Of a stretch of DNA of 64,000 nt, positions 20,401 to 28,648 are shown one piece after another; positions within the stretch are counted from its first letter, which is position 1; each line of letters begins with the position of its first letter. The position numbers were made by a program, and so were the translations under genes. The DNA is taken from positions 295,843 to 359,842 of the forward strand of contig JACPNR010000009.1 of the NCBI GenBank assembly GCA_016185395.1, written 5' to 3'. A model generated the notes under the pieces. It searched no databases. It was not told where the DNA came from and worked only from the letters and a program-made list of their open reading frames with translations. This DNA comes from Candidatus Korobacter versatilis (GTDB lineage Bacteria; Acidobacteriota; Terriglobia; Terriglobales; Acidobacteriaceae).

Positions 20401-20497
20401 GGTCCTGCAGGATCCCGGAGTACTCCCGCAGGAATTGCAGGTGCTCGCTCGCTTCCTGGAAAAAGATCTCCGCGAATTCCTGGCCTGGCGTGCTCAC
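17429..20497 (-). CDS. cheA: Hybrid CheA-type histidine kinase: two Hpt domains, kinase core, CheW-like domain and a C-terminal receiver (ChpA/FrzE-like)
   Basis: Hpt1 SAHTLAGTSA and Hpt2 AIHTIKGAAA. HLVRNAVAHG, DDGRGID and GRGVGLD boxes. CheW-like segment. REC with LADDS and LVVTDLEMPRTNG...KP. Confidence 0.92.
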   Translation of the reverse strand: MSTPGQEFAEIFFQEASEHLQFLREYSGILQDPYPVPEDLERLYISAHTLAGTSASYGYPLFSDVSGKLAHIFQYAMNATIGPDAAGPLVEFISEAIAVLESDLIMISATSAEAVEDIASFKQKYPFAFQAPAEAEEEPAYLEQSEGTVAEQAPLPEIADLPADGEVPEEILEFFVPEAEEHLQVVTECLLALEANPNPEDINRLFRAIHTIKGAAAQVGLLRISRVAHRAEDLVGRLREGQLKPSAEIVDLCLESVDILKKFLYRQWPDELTMQASTRALMYRIGRLAPEEGEEGIAAPMVAPAVAESPAAEAAHVPAQSGVAAESAVPEVAAPMHIEPVRREPHVEAKEDDETVLRKEPVAMPQSKSVRIGLERLDRMMNAVGELVINRTRMLGRLAELEKLADVLNFSKGRMSDKVSEFTEKHEFSQITSNAPKPKAEKGISFDSPYRGGYSSYTHSYDASLAEFSELEMDRYDDFNILSRSLSEISADITEVLTQLDGFVRRVDSDIDEFTKLAHRLQDEITQARMVPIGNLYTRISRTVRDAAKASNKQVELTLGGAETELDNNIIQQISDPLVHLVRNAVAHGLEKHDERYAAGKPDSGNIAVRAYHRGNHIYIEVEDDGRGIDYDRVRATAIEAGLVAQDDIERLTERDLLDLLFHPGFSTAPRKTELAGRGVGLDVVKANVAALNGEIEIDTEKGRGSRFTLKVPLTLIISQALFVRCGEATFALPLAFVEEIRRLRADEIEEVGGKLLTKVRDVVTEIVRLDTHLGLPEVEPVNGYYRLVLVNVAARQVGIVVEEVLRKDEIVIKSLGEYLRNMKMFPGATIAPDGSLILLVDVNRLIAGEAIERRPLMASATAARIFAPGAAAVAKGEIPAAAIDEVVEEKVVVLADDSISVRKFVGRMLEKAGYRVKLASDGLEALEIATQTRCDLVVTDLEMPRTNGYELIAHLRQSPETRHIPVMVVTSRAGAKHKDRALKEGAAAFLVKPVQEDQFLAEVAALIGGAGTQTKAAVGTT

Positions 20498-21381
20498 CGC
20501 GCCCCCTCTCCGCCGGCGACCGTGGCGCTGCGCTTGGGCGTGCCCGAACCCGGCTTCTGGTAGTAGATGGAATCGCCGTGGACGATGGGATCGAACTGCA
20601 CGCCCGTCTTGGCGATGGACTCGGCGTGCCCGAGGAAGAGATATCCGCCCGGCTCGAGGTATTCGTAGAAGCGCTGGATGAGCGCGGCGCGGCGCTCGTC
20701 AGAAAAATAGATCAGGACGTTCATGCAGAAGATGCAATCAAAGCGTCCCATGTAGACGACCTGCGCCAGGTTCATGGGCGCGAACGTCACCATGTTGCGG
20801 ATCTTCGGCTTCACCATGAACTGGTCGCCGAGTTTCGCGAAGTATTGTTCGATCAGCGCCGGGTCCTGCGGCCCCAGCTCACGCCGCGAATAGACACCGC
20901 GCTCCGCCGCCTGTAGCGCCTGCCGGCTGATGTCGGTGGCGAGGATGTGGATGTTCCATGCCTCGGCGAACTCGAGCGTCTCGCAGATGGACATCGCGAT
21001 CGAATACGGTTCTTCCCCGGTCGCGCAGCCCGCGCTCCAGATGCGTAGCGAGCGCGGGTTCTCCCAGAACTTTTTCATGTGCATCTCGGGGAGGACCTTG
21101 CGCTCCAGCGCGGCATGCACGTCGGGATAGCGGAAGAACGAAGTCTCCTGCGTGAGCAGGCGCTCGAGCAGCGAGTCGTACTCCACGTTCGACGACTTCA
21201 TCACCCGCAGCAGGTCGGTGCCATGCGCCAGCCGCTTGGCCGACATGTGCTCGCGCACGCGCGTGGAAAAGAACCGTTCGCGCGAGGTGTCGAACAGGAT
21301 GCCGGAGCGCTTTTCGATGAGCGCGCGGATCTCCGAGAGCTCGTGCTCGGTCACATTGTCGGGATTGGTTTTCTCTAGCAT
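20494..21381 (-). CDS. cheR: Chemotaxis protein methyltransferase
   Basis: SFFRYP segment and SAM-binding LRIWSAGCATGEEPYSIAM. ATGA overlap with cheA. Confidence 0.92.
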   Translation of the reverse strand: MLEKTNPDNVTEHELSEIRALIEKRSGILFDTSRERFFSTRVREHMSAKRLAHGTDLLRVMKSSNVEYDSLLERLLTQETSFFRYPDVHAALERKVLPEMHMKKFWENPRSLRIWSAGCATGEEPYSIAMSICETLEFAEAWNIHILATDISRQALQAAERGVYSRRELGPQDPALIEQYFAKLGDQFMVKPKIRNMVTFAPMNLAQVVYMGRFDCIFCMNVLIYFSDERRAALIQRFYEYLEPGGYLFLGHAESIAKTGVQFDPIVHGDSIYYQKPGSGTPKRSATVAGGEGAR

Positions 21382-21424
21382 GTGCGTCGCTGCAAACGCC
21401 TGCTACTTCTCTGTATGTTTGCTG

Positions 21425-22852
21425 TTATCTCCGCGCCGCCGCCATGCTGTCCGCGCGCTCCGGCGCCGTGCTCGAGATGCGGAATTGCGAGAGCGCTTCG
21501 TTGAGCTGCTCGGAGAGCTTCACCATGTTCTCCACCGTGCGCGCCGTCTGCCGGGCGCCTTGTGACGTGGACCGCGTGATGTTGGAGATGATCTGCATCG
21601 CGTTCGCCACGCCTTCCGTGCCGCGCACCTGCTGCTTCGACGCCAGCGAGATCTCCTGCACCAGTTCGGCCGACTGGCGCACGACGGAGGAGATGGCTTC
21701 GAGCGCCTTGCCGGCCTGGTCGGCCAGCCGCGCGCCCACTTCCACTTCCTTCGTCCCTTCCTCCATCACCACCACGGCCTCGTTCGTCTCTGCCTGAATG
21801 GCCTTGATGAGCGCGGCGATGTCTTTCGTCGCCGTACGCGAGTGCTCCGCCAGCTTGCGAACTTCGTCGGCAACCACCGCGAAACCGCGGCCGGCCTCGC
21901 CGGCGCGCGCCGCCTCGATGGCGGCATTGAGCGCGAGCAGGTTGGTCTGCTCGGTGATGTCGTTGATCACGTTGATGATCTCGGAGATCTCGAGCGAACG
22001 GTCGCCCAGCGACTTGATCTTCTTCGCCGTCGCCTGCACCGAGGCGCGGATGCGCTGCATCCCTTCCAGCGTGTCGCGCACGGCGCGGTTGCCCTGTTCG
22101 GCGGCGTCGAGCGCGCGGCGCGCGGCTTCCGCCGACGCTTCCGCGTTGTTCGATACCTGCTTCATCGAGACGGTAAGCTCTTCCACCGCCGAGGAGGTGT
22201 TGGTGATCTCCTGGTCCTGCTGGTTGGCGCCGTGCGACATCTCATCCGCCGACACCAGGATCTCGCTCGCGCTCGAGGAAACGTCGATGGCGGCCTTGCG
22301 CACGCGCTCGAGCACCTTGGCGAAGTTGTCGAGCATGTAGTTCACGGAGTCGACCACGTTGCCGAGCGCGTCGTTGGTCACTTTTCCGCGCAGCGTCAGG
22401 TCGCCGCGCGCGATCTGGCTGGTGATGGTCAGGAACTCGGTCACGCTGCGTTGCAGCGATTCCTGCGCTTCCTGGTTGAAGACCGCCTTCGAGACCTTTT
22501 CCGCGGTGCGGTTCAGGTTGTCGGCCACCAAGTTGAAGTCGTTGTTCGACTCCACGTCGGCCTTCGCGCGATAGTCCCCCGCGGCCAGGCGCTCGGAGAA
22601 CTCCGTGAGCTCTTTCACCGGCGTGAGCACCTTGCTCGACAGCATCATCACGATCACGACGCACGCTCCCACCAGCACCGCGATCGCGCCAAGCAGGCGC
22701 ATGCCCGCTTCGCTCGAGCCGCCGAATGCGTCGAAGAAAGGCAAGCCCTTCGCCCACGCGCCCGCGGCGTAGCCCAAACCGAGCACCATGGCCATCGCCA
22801 CGAGGTTGATGCCCACCAACGTCCAAACGGTCGAACTCAACCGACCCTTCAT
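21425..22852 (-). CDS. Methyl-accepting chemotaxis protein with two TM segments, a very short outer loop and a HAMP domain
   Basis: Conserved signalling hairpin [32 protein letters not shown]. Only about 20 residues lie between the two N-terminal hydrophobic helices. Confidence 0.92.
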   Translation of the reverse strand: MKGRLSSTVWTLVGINLVAMAMVLGLGYAAGAWAKGLPFFDAFGGSSEAGMRLLGAIAVLVGACVVIVMMLSSKVLTPVKELTEFSERLAAGDYRAKADVESNNDFNLVADNLNRTAEKVSKAVFNQEAQESLQRSVTEFLTITSQIARGDLTLRGKVTNDALGNVVDSVNYMLDNFAKVLERVRKAAIDVSSSASEILVSADEMSHGANQQDQEITNTSSAVEELTVSMKQVSNNAEASAEAARRALDAAEQGNRAVRDTLEGMQRIRASVQATAKKIKSLGDRSLEISEIINVINDITEQTNLLALNAAIEAARAGEAGRGFAVVADEVRKLAEHSRTATKDIAALIKAIQAETNEAVVVMEEGTKEVEVGARLADQAGKALEAISSVVRQSAELVQEISLASKQQVRGTEGVANAMQIISNITRSTSQGARQTARTVENMVKLSEQLNEALSQFRISSTAPERADSMAAARR

Positions 22853-22889
22853 ACCTGCCTCCAGGAACCCCGAACTTTTCTTACCAGAC

Positions 22890-23411
22890 TCAGATCACAC
22901 CCACCGGGAACGCCTCGGTCAGGCGCTTCAGGTCGAGTGCCAATGCCAAACGCTCTTCGTGCCGCAACATGCCATGACAGTGCGGCACGTCACGCGGCGC
23001 CTCGTCCACCAACAGCGGTTCGGTGGTGGAGTAAGTGCCGATCACTTCGTCGGCGGCGATGCCCAGCCGCAAGTCGTCATGGTCGTCGGTGCCCTTCATC
23101 CGCGCGACGACCACATGCTTCGGCGGCAGGTCGGCCCGGCGTCCTTCCGTGAACGCGATGTCGATCAGCGGCACGATCGAGCCGCGCAGGTTGAACACCC
23201 CCATCAGGAACGCGGGCGACAACGGGACGCGTGTCACCGTGGGCCACTCCACCACTTCTTCCACGTCGAGTACCATCAGGCAGAAACGCTCGCGTCCGGC
23301 GCGGAAGATGCAGTACTGCTTCTCCGGCAGATGCTCGGCGAACTCCGGCGGCATCGCTCCGCCTTCGGCCTCGGGCTGCAACGGTTCGAGTTGTGGCGTC
23401 TCGTCGGGCAT
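22890..23411 (-). CDS. cheW: CheW-like coupling protein
   Basis: [24 protein letters not shown]... [11 protein letters not shown] is CheW-like. Confidence 0.85.
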   Translation of the reverse strand: MPDETPQLEPLQPEAEGGAMPPEFAEHLPEKQYCIFRAGRERFCLMVLDVEEVVEWPTVTRVPLSPAFLMGVFNLRGSIVPLIDIAFTEGRRADLPPKHVVVARMKGTDDHDDLRLGIAADEVIGTYSTTEPLLVDEAPRDVPHCHGMLRHEERLALALDLKRLTEAFPVGVI

Positions 23412-23418
23412 GTGTCCG

Positions 23419-23778
23419 CTACAAAAGTTTCTGCACCACGCCGAGGAGCACTTCTTTGCTCCACGGCTTCACCACGTAATCGTCGGCGCCCTGCTGCTTC
23501 GCCCAGAACTTGTCGCTGTCCGTGCTCTTCGAGCTCACCAGCACCACGGGGATGCGTCCGTACTCCGCGCTCGCCTTCAACTCACGGCACGCCTGGAATC
23601 CATTCCGGTTCGGCATGACCACGTCGAGCAGGATCAAGCTGGGACATTCGGCGTCGATGGTCTGCTCGATCTTCATGGAATCGTTGATTGCGACCGGCAC
23701 GTAGCCGGCCGCTTGCAGCACCGATTGCATCAGCTTGATCTCGGCCTGCGAATCGTCCACGATCAGGATCTTCTTCAT
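23419..23778 (-). CDS. cheY: Single-domain response regulator (CheY/PilH-like), first gene of chemosensory operon 1
   Basis: KILIVDDS, LILLDVVMPNRNG, LVSSK, VVKPW. Confidence 0.9.
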   Translation of the reverse strand: MKKILIVDDSQAEIKLMQSVLQAAGYVPVAINDSMKIEQTIDAECPSLILLDVVMPNRNGFQACRELKASAEYGRIPVVLVSSKSTDSDKFWAKQQGADDYVVKPWSKEVLLGVVQKLL

Positions 23779-23843
23779 GCCTTCTTCTTCCCGGAGCCCT
23801 CCGGCGGGCGAACGTCTCCGCGGGGATATCCAGTAAATATAAA

Positions 23844-23859
23844 AGCAATTGCGCAGCCA
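23844..23859 (-). promoter_or_regulatory. Sigma-54 (-24/-12) promoter candidate for chemosensory operon 1
   Basis: The minus strand reads TGGCTG-CGCAA-TTGCT, with the GG and GC in the exact consensus register of TGGCAC-N5-TTGCW. It lies about 65 nt upstream of the cheY ATG in an AT-rich intergenic region. Confidence 0.6.
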
Positions 23860-23940
23860 CCCTCAGTAGCTTTGCAATAACTTTCGTCTCGCTCGCTAAT
23901 ATGTTTATTTTGTGTAAGTTAGGATAGAGATGCGGTAAAG

Positions 23941-24624
23941 CTACGAGCCGGTCGCGGCGCGGTGAGACTGCGGCTTCGTCTCACGATGAGACTCCTTCTC
24001 AGCGAACTTCAGTTCGCTCTCCAACGACGAGAACCGCTGCATGATCTCGTGCATCCGCAAGGCCATCGAATGCATGGTCTCCACCTGCTCGCGGACGTCT
24101 GCGGTCAACGCCCCTGGCTCGAGCAGCAACAGCTCGGCATTGCCCAGCACCGAGGTCAGCGCGTTGTTCATCCCGTGCCGTTGCTCCAGCATGTAGCGCC
24201 CGAGCGTCGCGTCACGACGGTCTTTCGCCGCACTTTCCTCAGCTCGCTTCGCCCGAGCCGAGGCTTCCGCATGGCGAAGCGCCTCGATGGATAACAGGAT
24301 AAGCGCGTCGAGCCAGCCATCGTGTGGCGGCAGCACAAGCAATTTGGGATGACTATTGCGCACCGAGGTCGCCGATTGCGAATCCGACGGGACGAAGATC
24401 GTGGGACAGCCGGCGGCGTCCAGTGAATCGAGCACCATGGCAAGCCTGCCGTTGCGGACACCACCCACCAGCGCAAGGTCGCACGGCGCCGTCTGCGTGC
24501 CCTTCCACAGCTCGCTGCCGACCAGCGTGAAGGCGGGCACTTTGCGCTCCGCCTGCCAGCGCCCCATGACGTTGCGTGAAAAGTCCGCATCGTCGGCGAT
24601 GATCAGTACCGTCTCCTGGTTCAC
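23941..24624 (-). CDS. Receiver-like domain fused to a HisKA/DHp-like helix pair, with no ATPase domain
   Basis: 227 aa from GTG 24624 (GTGA overlap with the upstream stop). VLIIADD and CDLALVGG are receiver-like. The H-box-like EQRHGMNNALTSVLGNAELLLLEP is followed only by a short helix. The 328-aa track ORF is an upstream extension. Confidence 0.7.
   Translation of the reverse strand: MNQETVLIIADDADFSRNVMGRWQAERKVPAFTLVGSELWKGTQTAPCDLALVGGVRNGRLAMVLDSLDAAGCPTIFVPSDSQSATSVRNSHPKLLVLPPHDGWLDALILLSIEALRHAEASARAKRAEESAAKDRRDATLGRYMLEQRHGMNNALTSVLGNAELLLLEPGALTADVREQVETMHSMALRMHEIMQRFSSLESELKFAEKESHRETKPQSHRAATGS
23978..23992. promoter_or_regulatory. Palindrome GTCTCA-CGA-TGAGAC, candidate enhancer-binding-protein site (UAS) for the operon-1 sigma-54 promoter
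   Basis: Exact 6+6 inverted repeat read directly. Its centre is about 127 bp upstream of the -24 GG at 23857-23858. An extra TGAGAC half-site lies at 23963-23968. The arms are identical to the palindrome at 32089-32103. Confidence 0.55.
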
Positions 24625-26207
24625 TGCGCGCTCCGTTGTGGGGGTTTGGGGCCGCTTTCCAGTTCTTCCATCAGTCCGATGAGCCGTCGAGCGCTCGCCG
24701 AGAGGTTCACTGCGCCATCGATGTTCTTCTGTTCTTTCGCCTGCGCGATCTGTGCCTGCAACGCAGCCGCTTCCGCGTGCGCCGCCGCGAGTACGGGAGC
24801 GACCTCCACCTGCGTACCCTGCCTGCGCTCTTCCGCCATCCGCGAGAGCAACGCGCGCGCCCCCACGGCACGCTGCAACGCGTCGGAGACATCGTCGCCG
24901 CCTTGCACGAACGCGGCGACCTCCCACGAGGAGAGCATCAGTTTGTGTCCCGCGACCACGACCGCGGTGACGGCTGTCCCGGTCTTCGCGCTGTCCTTCA
25001 ATAGCTGCTCGGCGATTTGCTCGACGTATCCATCCACGTCAGCCGGAGCGGGGGTCGGAGCGGGCTTTCCGCCGATCGCGATCGGCTTCGGCGCGGCCTT
25101 CGCCAGAGTGAGCTTGGGCTCCGCCTTGTACGCCGCAACCATCTCTTTCTGCACAGCTGCCGCGCTCGGTGCGCCCGGCATAGCCTTCGCTTCTTTGGCC
25201 AGGGGTACTGCAGCCGGAACTTTGGCCACCGGAGCGATGACCTTAGGAGCCGGCGGCACCTCGACCGGGACTGGTTCCTCGACCGCGGCTGCGACCGGTC
25301 CCGGCTGGGCGACCTGCGGCGGAGGCGCTGCCAGTGCTGCTTCCAGCGCCGTACGCAATTGGATCAACTGCTGGAATGGCTGGCCGGAACTGTAGGCCGC
25401 CCGAAACGTGGTCTTCCAGTCATGACAGAAGAGGCGCAGATGTTCCCCGCTCTCGCTCTTCCCCAGGCCGGCGGCACTGCAATCGAAGCTTCTCTGTCCA
25501 CGCTGCTCGAGTTCGTGCAGCGCAAAACGAATGGCATGCAAGTCGTTGTGGATCAAGCGCACGAACGTGCCGCGCACGAGGAAGTTGAAGCGCGTGAAGG
25601 TGAGCATCGCTCCCGAACCAAAGAACATGTCGCCGGCATCGGTCTTGAGTTTCCGCGCGTGCGCCAGGATGCCGCGCTCGAGCAGGTCACGCAGCGTCTC
25701 GCAACCGCGCAGGTTCGCGATCACCGTATCGAGCCCACCCAGCCACGCCGGAGCCTCCGGGATGGACTCGCCCAACACCGGCTCGAGCACTTCCGCCATG
25801 TCATCCAGCGTCGGCTCGCCTTGGTGCATCTTCACCGGCGCGCAATGAAAGAAATACTGAGCGAGCAGGAAGTCGGCCTTGTCGCGGTCCGCCTCCGTGC
25901 GTTTTTCCTTCGCTAGGATTCGACCGATCAGCGCGCGCAGTACCGGCTCGCTACCCAGTTCGGAGGTCTGCAGCACTTGTCGCAGTTGCCACACCTCGAT
26001 CTTCGCGTCCGCCTCAGCAAACCATTTCTCGATGCGCTCGATCGCTTCCGGCTCGGAGCGGTCGACCGGATACTCTAGATCGCGCGAGGGCTCGATCGCG
26101 ATCCCATACTGACGCACAACGGCCGCGTACACGGGATACAGCTGCCGTGCGCTCCGCCACTGCGCGGCGATCTCGGTGAGTTGTGCCGGTGCGGCTGCCG
26201 TCGTCAT
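24621..26207 (-). CDS. Hypothetical protein: globular N-domain, Ala/Pro-rich spacer and a C-terminal coiled-coil region
   Basis: 528-aa ORF coupled by 4-nt overlaps to both neighbours. No family recognised. Confidence 0.7.
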   Translation of the reverse strand: MTTAAAPAQLTEIAAQWRSARQLYPVYAAVVRQYGIAIEPSRDLEYPVDRSEPEAIERIEKWFAEADAKIEVWQLRQVLQTSELGSEPVLRALIGRILAKEKRTEADRDKADFLLAQYFFHCAPVKMHQGEPTLDDMAEVLEPVLGESIPEAPAWLGGLDTVIANLRGCETLRDLLERGILAHARKLKTDAGDMFFGSGAMLTFTRFNFLVRGTFVRLIHNDLHAIRFALHELEQRGQRSFDCSAAGLGKSESGEHLRLFCHDWKTTFRAAYSSGQPFQQLIQLRTALEAALAAPPPQVAQPGPVAAAVEEPVPVEVPPAPKVIAPVAKVPAAVPLAKEAKAMPGAPSAAAVQKEMVAAYKAEPKLTLAKAAPKPIAIGGKPAPTPAPADVDGYVEQIAEQLLKDSAKTGTAVTAVVVAGHKLMLSSWEVAAFVQGGDDVSDALQRAVGARALLSRMAEERRQGTQVEVAPVLAAAHAEAAALQAQIAQAKEQKNIDGAVNLSASARRLIGLMEELESGPKPPQRSAQ

Positions 26208-26554
26208 GCCTGGATGATCCAGTTCGCCGGTTTCGCGGTGAAGCGCGCCGCGATGGCGATGTGTCCGTTGTGATATTGCAGCGCGACGATGGAAGCCTCC
26301 GCCCGCAGGCTGCCATCCGCATTCTCCAATCGAAGATGGTCATCGAATTCGAGCGGCAGGCTTGAGGAGAAGAGCACCTCCGCCGCCGTCCCGTACTCGA
26401 TCAATGTCTGCTCGGAGAGTTCCCGCCCACGGCCGCCCGTTCCGGTAACGCGCACCGGTATCCGGACCGCGACCGCTTCCGGAAAGAACTGCGCCAGTCT
26501 GGAGACGGAGCCTTCGCTAGCAGTCTGTGACGCGACCGCGACTTGCTGTGTCAC
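26204..26554 (-). CDS. Hypothetical small protein, possibly a PilZ-like beta-barrel without the RxxxR motif
   Basis: 116 aa. RIPVRVTG...LIEYGTAAEVLFSS...LRLE...AEASIVALQYHNGHIAIAARF resembles PilZ strand order. No RxxxR or DxSxxG motif seen. ATGA overlap with the next gene. Confidence 0.55.
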   Translation of the reverse strand: MTQQVAVASQTASEGSVSRLAQFFPEAVAVRIPVRVTGTGGRGRELSEQTLIEYGTAAEVLFSSSLPLEFDDHLRLENADGSLRAEASIVALQYHNGHIAIAARFTAKPANWIIQA

Positions 26555-26706
26555 CGCACTTCCTCGCGCCTCTCTCCTGGTTTTGGAGCGCGCCCGGGGG
26601 AATTGGGCGATCCAGAAAGAGGCCAGGTTGCGTCTGATTCACTCCCGTCCAGCCGGCAGTTTCCCCGTCCGAACGCTGCGAAGGCGTGAAGAGACGCCAG
26701 TAGAAC

Positions 26707-26722
26707 TGCACGGCAACAGCCA
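26707..26722 (-). promoter_or_regulatory. Sigma-54 (-24/-12) promoter candidate for the 3-gene operon
   Basis: The minus strand reads TGGCTG-TTGCC-GTGCA (GG-N10-GC register). It lies about 150 nt upstream of ATG 26554. An alternative overlapping register, TGGCTT-AGGTG-CGGCA, sits at 26729-26744. Confidence 0.45.
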
Positions 26723-26796
26723 AACGGCTGCCGCACCTAAGCCATTGATTTAATGGTGATTTCTACTCGGAATACGCTGGAAGCGGAGCTTGGGTC

Positions 26797-26811
26797 GTCT
26801 CAGGATGAAAC
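26797..26811. promoter_or_regulatory. Near-palindrome GTCTCA-GGA-TGAAAC, candidate UAS for the 3-gene operon promoter
   Basis: 11 of 12 arm positions match the GTCTCA/TGAGAC palindrome. A second GTCTCA lies at 26813-26818. The centre is about 83 bp upstream of the -24 GG at 26720-26721. Confidence 0.45.
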
Positions 26812-26822
26812 AGTCTCACGCA

Positions 26823-28249
<1,427 letters not shown>

Positions 28250-28253
<4 letters not shown>

Positions 28254-28648
28254 ACGGCCTTCCCGAATATCTTCTGCACGACCTCGAGCAGTTGCTGCAC
28301 ACGGAAGGGTTTCTCCACGCACGGCGCGTTCGTCTTGCGCAGCAACGCAACCGTCTCTTCGTTCACCGTGTCGCCGGTGACCAGGATCACGCGGTCGGCG
28401 AGATGTGGCCGGTTGGTCACGATCCAGGCGTGCACGTCGGCGCCGCTCACTCCGCCGGGCGTGCGCATGTCGGTGATCACGCCGCGGAACTCGGCTGTCT
28501 CGAACAGCTTCAGCGCTTCCACGCCCGAGGACGCGGTCACGACCGAATACCCACTGCGTTCGAGCGCCGCCTGCAGGAACGCCATCACCGACGGCTCGTC
28601 CTCGACCACGAGGATGGGCAACACTGCGGGCTTCGTCGTCGCTGTCAT
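28250..28648 (-). CDS. Stand-alone response regulator receiver
   Basis: 132 aa from ATG 28648 (MTATTKPAVLPILVVEDEP...GVITDMRTPGG...EKPF). ATGA overlaps on both sides. Confidence 0.85.

Noticed and set aside
24625-24927. N-terminal extension of the 328-aa track ORF
   Set aside because: It overlaps the 3' end of the 528-aa gene and is Arg/Gly-rich. GTG 24624 gives a GTGA-coupled start.
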